Part shown: positions 27,814 to 35,793 of the stretch, piece after piece
Layout of the letters: every line of letters begins with the position of its first letter
Position numbering within the stretch: position 1 is the stretch's first letter
Source of the DNA: Flavobacteriales bacterium
GTDB lineage: Bacteria > Bacteroidota > Bacteroidia > UBA10329
NCBI GenBank assembly: GCA_020635535.1
Contig: JACJZP010000011.1
Span: forward strand, 6,780-70,779
Direction of reading: 5' to 3'
DNA length: 64,000 nt
The notes under the pieces: model-generated
The model's database searches: none
Told to the model about the DNA's origin: nothing
Seen by the model: only the letters and a program-made list of their open reading frames with translations
Position numbers and translations under genes: made by a program

Positions 27814-29205
27814 ATGATTCCATCAGTCAATTTTCACCTCTGGCAGCCCTGCAACATGGCCTGCAAATTCTGCTTCGCTCGCTTTGAGGATGTAAAGCGT
27901 AAGTTCAACCTTCCGAAAGGTCACCTCCCTGAGGAGGACGCCTTGGCCGTGGTCGATGAGCTGGCCGACATCGGCTTCGAGAAAATCACGTTCGCAGGCG
28001 GTGAACCAACGCTCTGCCCGTGGTTGGACAAGCTGATCGTCCGTGCAAAGGAGCGTGGCATGACCACCATGATTGTAACGAACGGGAGCCGTTTGGACGA
28101 ATCTACGCTACTCCAGTTCAAACCCCATCTCGATTGGATAGCCCTCAGCATCGACAGTCTTGATGCAGAGACAAATGCCCAATCTGGCCGAGTACTGAAA
28201 AGTTCGGGCGGCTCTCCCGATTACTTCAAGCTTGTGGATGCTATCAAGGCACATGGCTTTGGGCTGAAGATCAACACGGTCGTCCATAGCCTCAACATGG
28301 ACGAGTCCATGCACGAATTCATTCGACATGCGCGGCCAAAGCGATGGAAGCTGTTCCAAGTGCTTCCCATCGATGGGCAGAACAATGGAGCTGTCGAGCC
28401 GCTGCTCATCTCGTCAGAGCAATTTCTGGGGTTTGTTGACCGCCATGCCGACCTCAACGGAGTGACGGAGGTGATTCCGGAGACCAATGATGACATGCGT
28501 GGTTCCTATGCGATGGTGGATCCCTCCGGACGATTCTATGATAATGTGGATGGCCACCACCACTACAGCCGCCCAATCCTTGAACTCGGGGCCAGACTTG
28601 CTATTCAACAGATGCGCTATGATTTCAAGAAGTTCCTTGGAAGAAAGGGGCAATATGACTGGGTCATTGACCGCAGGGTGCCGGCTCGCATCACTCTGTC
28701 GGGCGAGGTGGCCTCGGGCAAGAGCAGTGTCGGCAGAAAACTGGCAGAGCGGCTAAAGTATCAGTTCTTTTCCATCGGAGACAAAACGAGGGAGTTGGCC
28801 GCAAAGGAGGGAATGAACATCGTTGAGTTCCAGCGGAGATGCCAATTGGATCCCTCGATGGACAGACAGATCGATTCCAAATTTTCAGAGGACTGCAATA
28901 GTCGCAATGGCCTGGTAGTGGATTACCGTCTTGGATTCCGATTCGTCCGCAATGCCTTCCATGTGTTCCTAAAAGTCTCACAGGAAAAGGCCATTGAAAG
29001 GCTGAACGGGGCCAAACGTGCCGGTGAGACGAGTGCTACCGTGAAGGAACGTAACGACTCTTTCAAGTGTCAGTTCATCAATGCCTATGGCGTAGACTAC
29101 ACAGCAGAGAAACACTATAATCTTGTACTCGATGCGGATGACTCCACTGTGGATGAACTCGTGAATCGGATACTTGAACAATTTAACCCAATTCCTAATC
29201 AATAA
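27814..29205 (+). CDS. prokaryotic viperin (radical-SAM, ddhNTP synthase-like) fused to a C-terminal cytidylate-kinase-like P-loop NMP kinase domain
   Basis: N-terminal NFHLWQPCNMACKFCF (CxxxCxxC), GGEPTL, and viperin-specific blocks (LSIDSLDAETN, GLKINTVVHSLNMDESMHEFIRHARPKRWKLFQVLPIDGQN, IPETNDDMRGSYAMVD, FLGRKGQYDW) that track human viperin. The last ~175 aa, RITLSGEVASGKSSVGRKLAERLKYQFFSIGD..., resemble Cmk/cytidylate_kin2. Confidence 0.85.
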   Translation: MIPSVNFHLWQPCNMACKFCFARFEDVKRKFNLPKGHLPEEDALAVVDELADIGFEKITFAGGEPTLCPWLDKLIVRAKERGMTTMIVTNGSRLDESTLLQFKPHLDWIALSIDSLDAETNAQSGRVLKSSGGSPDYFKLVDAIKAHGFGLKINTVVHSLNMDESMHEFIRHARPKRWKLFQVLPIDGQNNGAVEPLLISSEQFLGFVDRHADLNGVTEVIPETNDDMRGSYAMVDPSGRFYDNVDGHHHYSRPILELGARLAIQQMRYDFKKFLGRKGQYDWVIDRRVPARITLSGEVASGKSSVGRKLAERLKYQFFSIGDKTRELAAKEGMNIVEFQRRCQLDPSMDRQIDSKFSEDCNSRNGLVVDYRLGFRFVRNAFHVFLKVSQEKAIERLNGAKRAGETSATVKERNDSFKCQFINAYGVDYTAEKHYNLVLDADDSTVDELVNRILEQFNPIPNQ

Positions 29206-29221
29206 CCGACAAACACTCATC

Positions 29222-29947
29222 ATGAAAACACGAACCTTCTCAAATCGAACCATGAAATACGGAAATCGCCCTACGATTACTCCAGACCCATTGCTTGTTA
29301 GTAAAGCACTTGCCGTTTCGAATCGGCCAACTGGAATTAACAACTTCGTTGTCATTGCACGCTACAAATGGTTGGTAGCAAATGGGGCGATCTACCCCAA
29401 GCGCATGGAAAAGCCCAACCTATTCATAACCATAAATGATGGTATGGTGGAAGATTGTAAGTTCAGCTGTGTGTTTGGAAGAACGCTCCAAAAGCAGAGC
29501 TTCCATATTGAGGTTCTCAATGGTCCGTCAGAGACAAGTAGCGCGACTAAAGAAAATCTTATCCTTAGTAGAGACCTAGGACTGGCCAACCTATGCAACA
29601 TGGCTCTTGATGAATTCCGTGAAAGGGACATCATCCAACCTGTGTTCCCTCTGGATTTCAACACTTACGCTGATGACAGCTGCAACCTAAGTCTGAAGAC
29701 CCGTCCTTCAGACAAGGCTGTTCTGGAAATTCTTCGAGAAGCAGATGTGAACCATTGGGACAAGAACCTCATCATCATCGCCAGACAACGCTGGTTGAAG
29801 GAACAAGGGATTAAGATTCCGACTCAAACTGGAAACCTGAATCTGTTGGTCAAGATTGTCAACGGCCATTTGACCAGCTGCTTCTACAGTCCTGATATGA
29901 TGAACATCATAAGAAAACAGAACTACTTCATTCAAATCCTGAATTGA
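29222..29947 (+). CDS. hypothetical protein with two tandem homologous ~110-aa repeats (unknown function)
   Basis: Starts 16 nt after the viperin-kinase stop. The internal duplication is visible by eye (NNFVVIARYKWLVANG...LFITINDGMVEDCKFS versus KNLIIIARQRWLKEQG...LLVKIVNGHLTSCFYS). Confidence 0.5.
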   Translation: MKTRTFSNRTMKYGNRPTITPDPLLVSKALAVSNRPTGINNFVVIARYKWLVANGAIYPKRMEKPNLFITINDGMVEDCKFSCVFGRTLQKQSFHIEVLNGPSETSSATKENLILSRDLGLANLCNMALDEFRERDIIQPVFPLDFNTYADDSCNLSLKTRPSDKAVLEILREADVNHWDKNLIIIARQRWLKEQGIKIPTQTGNLNLLVKIVNGHLTSCFYSPDMMNIIRKQNYFIQILN

Positions 29948-30027
29948 CTTATTGGGCGAGGAGACCCAAAAACGCGGTAGCCAAAAAGCGTGCAACGAGT
30001 AGGCATAAACCCCAAAATCTTACAGCG

Positions 30028-30159
30028 ATGTCAAAAGGCAAATCTGGAAGTAGCAAAGGATTCCCTGGATGGCCAAGTACAACCGGGAAGCCATCCGGGT
30101 CTGGTAGGGCAAATGGCACTCCGACACCGAAACCCGCTTCTTCTACATCGAAGAAGTGA
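30028..30159 (+). CDS. 43-aa Gly/Ser/Lys/Pro/Thr-rich small ORF (predicted disordered, basic)
   Basis: MSKGKSGSSKGFPGWPSTTGKPSGSGRANGTPTPKPASSTSKK, followed 10 nt later by a strong terminator hairpin. Confidence 0.3.
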   Translation: MSKGKSGSSKGFPGWPSTTGKPSGSGRANGTPTPKPASSTSKK

Positions 30160-30168
30160 TGTACTGTT

Positions 30169-30199
30169 GAGGGGAGGACATCATGTCACTCCCCTTTTT
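30169..30199. terminator. rho-independent terminator, bidirectional (small ORF / thiolase)
   Basis: GAGGGGAGGACAT-ca-ATGTCACTCCCC hairpin followed by TTTTT. Confidence 0.6.
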
Positions 30200-30241
30200 G
30201 CTGTCCATGAACCCGGAAGGCGAGAAGTTGGAAATCGGTCG

Positions 30242-31444
30242 TTAAACCCGCTCAATAATGGTGGCAATACCCATTCCGCCACCAACGCAAAGGGTTACAA
30301 GACCTGTTTGCTTGTCCTGACGTTCTAGTTCATCGATGAGTGTTCCTATAAGCATGGCGCCTGTGGCTCCAAGCGGGTGACCCATTGCAATGGCGCCACC
30401 ATTCACGTTGACCTTGCTTTCGTCAATGTTCAGGTCTTCGAGAAAGCGAAGAACAACCGATGCAAATGCCTCGTTTACCTCAATCAGGTCGATGTCACCT
30501 ATTTCCATTCCTGCCTTTTTCAACGCTTTGCGTGTAACAGGCGCTGGTCCGAGCAGCATGATGGTAGGTTCGGTTCCTGTCAACGCCATGGAACGGATGC
30601 GAGCACGTGGTTTCAATCCTTGAGCTTCGCCAGCTTCTTTTGTTCCGATGAGGGTGAGCGCAGCGCCATCTACAATGGCACTTGAGTTACCTGCATGATG
30701 TACGTGATTGATGGTTCCAACCTCTGGGTATTTCTGTAGCGCGAGTTGGTCAAATCCCATATCGCCCAGTTTCTGGAAGGCTGGGTTCAACTTCAACAAT
30801 CCTTCTGCGGTTGTTCCAGGACGGATCATCTGGTCTCTATCAAGCAGCGAATTTCCATCAGCATCTTTCACAGGAATAATTGACTTGGCAAATCGATTCG
30901 CATTCCATGCAGCATCAGCTTTGGCGTGTGATCGCGAAGCAAATTCATCCAACTGCGTGCGGTTGTAACCGAATTTAGAAGCAATGAGATCTGCAGAAAT
31001 TCCCTGTGGAACAAGCGCATGTTTGGTAATGAAATCACGGTCGTCATACATTGGGCCGCCATCGGATGCGATCGGCACACGACTCATGCTTTCCAAACCG
31101 CCAGCTACAAGCAAGTCAGCATTTCCGCTTCCCACATAAGCAGCTGCCATGTTGATGGCTTCCAAACCTGAAGCGCAGAAACGATTCACCTGCACACCGG
31201 CCGTGGTTTCGGCATAACCCGCCTCAATGGCCGCGGCCTTGGCAATGTTCGCGCCTTGCTCCTTCACGGGGCTCACACAACCGATAATGGCATCTTCCAC
31301 CAGATCGGTGTTGAGGTTATTCCGTTCTCGGATGGCCTTGAAGGTCAAAGCCAAAAGATCAACGGGTTTTACCGAAGCCAAAGCCCCGTCTAGTTTTCCC
31401 TTTCCGCGCGGTGTGCGCACCGCATCATATATATAAGCGCTCAT
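30242..31444 (-). CDS. acetyl-CoA C-acyltransferase (thiolase)
   Basis: N-terminal DAVRTPRGK, active-site Cys region VNRFCASGLEA, and C-terminal NVNGGAIAMGHPLGATG...CVGGGMG. Confidence 0.9.
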   Translation of the reverse strand: MSAYIYDAVRTPRGKGKLDGALASVKPVDLLALTFKAIRERNNLNTDLVEDAIIGCVSPVKEQGANIAKAAAIEAGYAETTAGVQVNRFCASGLEAINMAAAYVGSGNADLLVAGGLESMSRVPIASDGGPMYDDRDFITKHALVPQGISADLIASKFGYNRTQLDEFASRSHAKADAAWNANRFAKSIIPVKDADGNSLLDRDQMIRPGTTAEGLLKLNPAFQKLGDMGFDQLALQKYPEVGTINHVHHAGNSSAIVDGAALTLIGTKEAGEAQGLKPRARIRSMALTGTEPTIMLLGPAPVTRKALKKAGMEIGDIDLIEVNEAFASVVLRFLEDLNIDESKVNVNGGAIAMGHPLGATGAMLIGTLIDELERQDKQTGLVTLCVGGGMGIATIIERV

Positions 31445-31528
31445 TTTCTGTGATTTTGGACAAGTTTAGGTAATGAAATTGACGCATGGAAATGCAACAA
31501 AATTCACAGCGTAAAAAACTCTAAGAGT

Positions 31529-31536
31529 TACATTTG
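31529..31536 (+). promoter_or_regulatory. candidate -7 promoter element (TACATTTG) for the Rrf2-family gene
   Basis: TAnnTTTG-type motif 16 nt upstream of the ATG at 31552. Confidence 0.3.
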
Positions 31537-31959
31537 TGGCAAAATTCCGCCATGCAGATCGATTCAACTTTCACCAACGCCATCCACATTTGTGTTTACC
31601 TCGACCGCACCGACAAGCACTTGGTGAACAGCACGGAATTGGGTGAAAGTATCGGCACCAACCCCGTTGTTGTGCGTAGGATCGTGGGGCGATTGAAGGA
31701 GTTCGGCCTCATCAAAGTGAAGCAGGGAATAGGTGGTGGTTACTTCTTGGGCCGTCCAGCAGCAAGCATCTCACTTTGGGATATTTATCTGGCCATGAAG
31801 AAGGATAATCCGTTCCGCTGCAAGGTTGGAAACGAGGAAGACACCGTTTCTCTCAACCTTCCTGAAGCATTGGAAGACACCTTCGCGAAAGCTGAATATG
31901 CTTTGAAAACTCCGCTGGCCAATGTCACGGTCAAGCAGGTTTCGCAGCGAATTGATTAG
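31534..31959 (+). CDS. Rrf2-family transcriptional regulator (probable true start 31552)
   Basis: HTH region LGESIGTNPVVVRRIVGRLKEFGLIKVKQGIGGGYFLGRPAASISLWDI matches the Rrf2 consensus (...GGGYRLARPAEEISL.DV). Confidence 0.7.
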   Translation: MWQNSAMQIDSTFTNAIHICVYLDRTDKHLVNSTELGESIGTNPVVVRRIVGRLKEFGLIKVKQGIGGGYFLGRPAASISLWDIYLAMKKDNPFRCKVGNEEDTVSLNLPEALEDTFAKAEYALKTPLANVTVKQVSQRID

Positions 31960-33152
31960 TACAACAGCTTATCGAACGGATAACGCGTGATGTGAACCGC
32001 TTTCACGCGCTCGTAAAGCAATTCGCGTAGTTCGTCAATGTTCTGCTTTTTGGCCGCTGAGATGAATATGCAATCATCGCCCATTTTGCTCATCCAGCTG
32101 CTTTTCAGGTCGTCCAAACTCCAGTTTTCCCGGGTTGCCTCTGTCAGGTCATCCTCATCCTTCTTCACGTACGTGTAAGCATCTATCTTATTGAAAACCA
32201 GAATGGTCTGCTTGTCGCGCGCCCCGATCTCGGCCAGCGTTTCGTTCACCACATTGATGTGATCTTCAAACTCAGGATGCGAAATATCCACCACATGAAG
32301 CAGAATATCAGCTTCGCGAACTTCATCCAACGTTGATTTGAAACTCTCCACCAACTGGTGAGGAAGTTTTCGGATGAATCCAACCGTGTCTGACATCAGG
32401 AAAGGCAGGTTACCGAGCACCACTTTACGGACCGTGGTATCGAGCGTAGCGAAAAGCTTGTTTTCGGCAAGCACTTCCGATTTGCTCATCAGGTTCATGA
32501 TGGTGGATTTACCCACATTGGTATAACCGACCAGCGCCACTCGGATCAGTTGCCCGCGGTTCTTACGCTGCTGCTCCATCTGCTTGTCAATATCCTTCAG
32601 TTGCTTCTTGAGCAACGAGATACGATCGCGGATGATCCGCTTATCGGTTTCAATCTCCTTTTCACCAGCACCACCACGCGTTCCGGTGCCACCGCGTTGG
32701 CGCTCCAAGTGCGTCCACATACGTGTCAATCGCGGAAGCAGGTATTGATACCGTGCCAGTTCCACTTGCGTTTTGGCCTGCGCGGTTTGAGCTCTTGCCT
32801 GAAAGATATCGAGGATAAGAAGGCTACGGTCGTAGATCTTCACCTTGAAAACGTTCTCCAAGTTCCGAAGCTGCGATGGGCTGAGGTCATCATCAAAAAC
32901 CACCACATCGATCTTATGCTCCTTAACGTATGCATCGATCTCTTCTACCTTTCCGGAACCAACAAACGTGCGCGGGTCGGGCTTCTTCAGTTTCTGGGTG
33001 AACTGCTTTTTAGTCTCCAACCCAGCCGTCATGGAAAGGAACTCGAGTTCATCCATGTACTCGGCCACTTTCTCCTCCGTATCGTTGCCCTGTATGAGCC
33101 CGACCAGAACGGCCGTTTCCTGTACAGGCGCTGTATCAAAGTGCTTTCCCAA
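31956..33152 (-). CDS. hflX: GTPase HflX
   Basis: HflX N-terminal domain followed by G1 box LVGYTNVGKST, DTVGFI, and NKID. Confidence 0.9.
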   Translation of the reverse strand: MGKHFDTAPVQETAVLVGLIQGNDTEEKVAEYMDELEFLSMTAGLETKKQFTQKLKKPDPRTFVGSGKVEEIDAYVKEHKIDVVVFDDDLSPSQLRNLENVFKVKIYDRSLLILDIFQARAQTAQAKTQVELARYQYLLPRLTRMWTHLERQRGGTGTRGGAGEKEIETDKRIIRDRISLLKKQLKDIDKQMEQQRKNRGQLIRVALVGYTNVGKSTIMNLMSKSEVLAENKLFATLDTTVRKVVLGNLPFLMSDTVGFIRKLPHQLVESFKSTLDEVREADILLHVVDISHPEFEDHINVVNETLAEIGARDKQTILVFNKIDAYTYVKKDEDDLTEATRENWSLDDLKSSWMSKMGDDCIFISAAKKQNIDELRELLYERVKAVHITRYPFDKLLY

Positions 33153-33155
33153 ATC

Positions 33156-33464
33156 TCAATTCTGTTCTTTCAGTTGTTCCAAATAACCGGCCACAGCTTG
33201 AATCTGCTCTTCACTCAGAACCTCAGCAAATGCCGGCATCATGCTGCCACCTTTTCGGATGTTCTCCACCCGTTCTTCCATGCTCATTTTTGAAACGCTC
33301 AGGTTGGGCGCATCATTAAGCATCAACTTACCGTCCGGTCCATGACAAGCAACACAGTATGTCTTGTAAACCTGCTTCCCGAGATCGGTTCCATCACTTT
33401 GAGAACCGAAACTTCCGCACGAAAGCAGAACAATCGACACCAAGCCTATGAAAAGTGATTGCAT
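33156..33464 (-). CDS. c-type cytochrome (class I), lipoprotein signal
   Basis: CVACH haem-binding motif and LLSCGS lipobox. Probable start is Met67 of the ORF, in a TGATG overlap with the upstream gene. Confidence 0.65.
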   Translation of the reverse strand: MQSLFIGLVSIVLLSCGSFGSQSDGTDLGKQVYKTYCVACHGPDGKLMLNDAPNLSVSKMSMEERVENIRKGGSMMPAFAEVLSEEQIQAVAGYLEQLKEQN

Positions 33465-33919
33465 CAGAACCAACCTCGGCCCGCCCCTGAAGGCAAAAAC
33501 GGCCATGGAATGGTGGCCAAAATGATCAGCAAACCAATGCTGAAATAAAACAGCACTTTTTTGAACTTGGCTTGATCCGTAGCAGCCTTTTTGGACGCGA
33601 TGCGACCAATGGTGATCAATGCAATGGCCACTACCATTCCGAAGATGTGCTCTACCGCCCAAAACCGAATACCGCTTTCCTTCATGGCGGTTGAGGGGTC
33701 ATCCAGAATGATGCTTACCCAACCTCGACCCATGTAGAGAACCAACCCGAGCACGAGTTGTAAATGACTGAAAATGAGCGCAAAGAGACTCAACTTGTTG
33801 TCCAGTGAATCATAGGCTTTGCCCGATGACAGTGACATGGCGCTTTTCACGATGGCCCCTACAATGGCGGCAAGGACCAACCATCGTAATCCTGAGTGCG
33901 AACGAAGTAATATTTCCAT
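33464..33919 (-). CDS. hypothetical 4-TM membrane protein, coupled to cytochrome c
   Basis: Four hydrophobic segments. Start-stop overlap with the cytochrome gene. Confidence 0.45.
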   Translation of the reverse strand: MEILLRSHSGLRWLVLAAIVGAIVKSAMSLSSGKAYDSLDNKLSLFALIFSHLQLVLGLVLYMGRGWVSIILDDPSTAMKESGIRFWAVEHIFGMVVAIALITIGRIASKKAATDQAKFKKVLFYFSIGLLIILATIPWPFLPSGAGRGWF

Positions 33920-34028
33920 CTGATCTGAGATTGAACAACAAAGCTAAGCATTTCGCTTCCTGCAATGTTGCCGACACCCGTTCAGAATTCGAATTGAGTA
34001 GCTTTGCGCCCCTTATTAACTGATTGAA

Positions 34029-35585
34029 ATGAAGAGCATTGTTTTCTCGTTGTTGATGTTTGCGGGTCTATCCATTTCCCTAACTCAAGCACAGACAACT
34101 TTCCCTATTAACGGTGTGCAGGACAAGGACGCAGCCGTTTATGCTTTCACGCACGCCACGGTTCATGTGGATGCACAAACGATTTATGAAGATGCCACGC
34201 TGCTCGTAAAAGAAGGCCGAATTATTGGTGTCGGAACAGATGTTTCGGTTCCGAAAGGTGCCATCGTTACCGACCTGAAAGGCAAGCACATCTATCCTTC
34301 ATTGATCGATGCGTTTTCCACATACGGAGTGGAGCAGCCGAAAAAAGAGGGAAAAGACAGTCCTGGACCGGTTTACGATTCCGAAAAGAAAGGTGCCTAT
34401 GCTTGGAACGATGCATTGAACCCGGAAGCAAGTGCTGCCGAGAAATTCACGCCCGATGCCAAGAAAGCTGAGGAACTACGAAAGGCTGGTTTTGGAGCCA
34501 CCGTTTCGTTGATCCGGGATGGCATCGCCAGAGGAACTTCAGCGTTTGTGCTCACAGGTGATGGCTCGGCCAACGAGAACCTGTTGCAACCGAATGTCGC
34601 GGCCAATTATTCGTTCTCGAAAGGCACTTCCAACCAGAATTATCCGAGTTCGCAGATGGGTGCCATTGCGCTATTGCGACAAACGTATTTGGATGCGGGC
34701 TGGTACGCCAACCTGAACGACAACACCAAGGAAATGAACCTCGGGTTGGAAGCTTGGAATGGCATTCAGCAATTGCCGCAGGTTTTCGATGCACCAGACC
34801 TGTTGAGCATTTTCCGTGCAGATAAGGTCGGAGATGAATTCGGAAAGCAGTATGTTTTCCTCGGTAACGGAACAGAATATCGCAGAATTGATGCGGTGAA
34901 AAAGACGGGCGGTTCGTTCATTGTTCCGCTCAAATTCCCGGATGCGTTGGATGTAGAAGACCCGTTCGATGCACAATTGGCGAGCTACACCGAACTGTTG
35001 CATTGGGAATTGGCTCCGACCAACCCGAAAGCGTTGAAAGATGCGGGCGTTCCATTCGCTTTGACGATGGAAGGTTTGGAAAAGGAGGCTGAATTCTGGC
35101 CAGCACTTCGCAAAGCCATGGAAAACGGTTTGGACTCAGTCACAGCTTTAGAGGCGTTGACAACCGTTCCTGCCAAAATGCTGGGGCTGAAAGAGGTGGG
35201 AACCTTACATAAAGGCAACTTGGCCAACTTCCTGATCACTTCCGAAGATCTTTTCAATGAGAAAAACACCATTCTGGAGCATTGGCTCAAAGGCAAGCAG
35301 TACAAGATCAGCGAAGCGGCTGGCGATTCCATCAACGCCTATTATTCCCTCAAAATGGGAGGCAAATCTTGGCCGTTTGAACTTACTGGAACTTCCGACA
35401 AGCCAAGTGCGAAACTCGCTAAGAATGACACCACCAAATTGGATGTTTCTTTCAATCTGAAAGATGAATTAGTGACCATCTCATTTGCGGAAGAAAAGGA
35501 CGCGAAAGGCAAGTATCGCCTCACAGGAAGAAAGGACGGCAAGAACTTCAAGGAAAAGGCCAAACACCTGATGGCACGTGGGTAG
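34029..35585 (+). CDS. amidohydrolase-family module with degenerate metal-binding site (N-terminal half of a ~1000-aa two-module protein)
   Basis: Signal peptide. Amidohydrolase-like N-terminus but PSLIDAFSTYGV replaces the HxH motif. Ends in a K/E-rich low-complexity linker where the frame is lost. Confidence 0.6.
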   Translation: MKSIVFSLLMFAGLSISLTQAQTTFPINGVQDKDAAVYAFTHATVHVDAQTIYEDATLLVKEGRIIGVGTDVSVPKGAIVTDLKGKHIYPSLIDAFSTYGVEQPKKEGKDSPGPVYDSEKKGAYAWNDALNPEASAAEKFTPDAKKAEELRKAGFGATVSLIRDGIARGTSAFVLTGDGSANENLLQPNVAANYSFSKGTSNQNYPSSQMGAIALLRQTYLDAGWYANLNDNTKEMNLGLEAWNGIQQLPQVFDAPDLLSIFRADKVGDEFGKQYVFLGNGTEYRRIDAVKKTGGSFIVPLKFPDALDVEDPFDAQLASYTELLHWELAPTNPKALKDAGVPFALTMEGLEKEAEFWPALRKAMENGLDSVTALEALTTVPAKMLGLKEVGTLHKGNLANFLITSEDLFNEKNTILEHWLKGKQYKISEAAGDSINAYYSLKMGGKSWPFELTGTSDKPSAKLAKNDTTKLDVSFNLKDELVTISFAEEKDAKGKYRLTGRKDGKNFKEKAKHLMARG

Positions 35586-35793
35586 GATTGGACATTGACC
35601 TATTTCTGAACTCAGAAAGACGAGAAAAGGAAAAAGGAGAAAAGGAGAAAAGGAAGAGACGAAGAAAGACACCGTTCTTGGAGATGTGGTTTATCCGTTC
35701 ATGGCGTTCGGTTATACCGAAGCTCCGAAACAGGAAGCGGTTGTGATTCGCAACGCAACGGTTTGGACCAACGAAAAGATGGCATTCTAGAAG

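Noticed and set aside
27814-29205. Possibility that the viperin is a MoaA/other radical-SAM housekeeping paralogue
   Set aside because: Beyond the CxxxCxxC motif, it shares viperin-specific C-terminal blocks (KINTVVHSLN..., RWKLFQVLPIDGQN, IPETNDDMRGSYAMVD, GRKGQYDW) that MoaA lacks. The genuine moaA is present separately at 2186-3193.
29944-30328. Longer versions of the small ORF (71 aa from 29944, and the 112-aa ORF 29990-30328)
   Set aside because: The 5' extensions translate as Arg/Lys junk. The 112-aa frame runs through the terminator into the antisense of the thiolase gene. Only the 43-aa core ending at the terminator is plausible.
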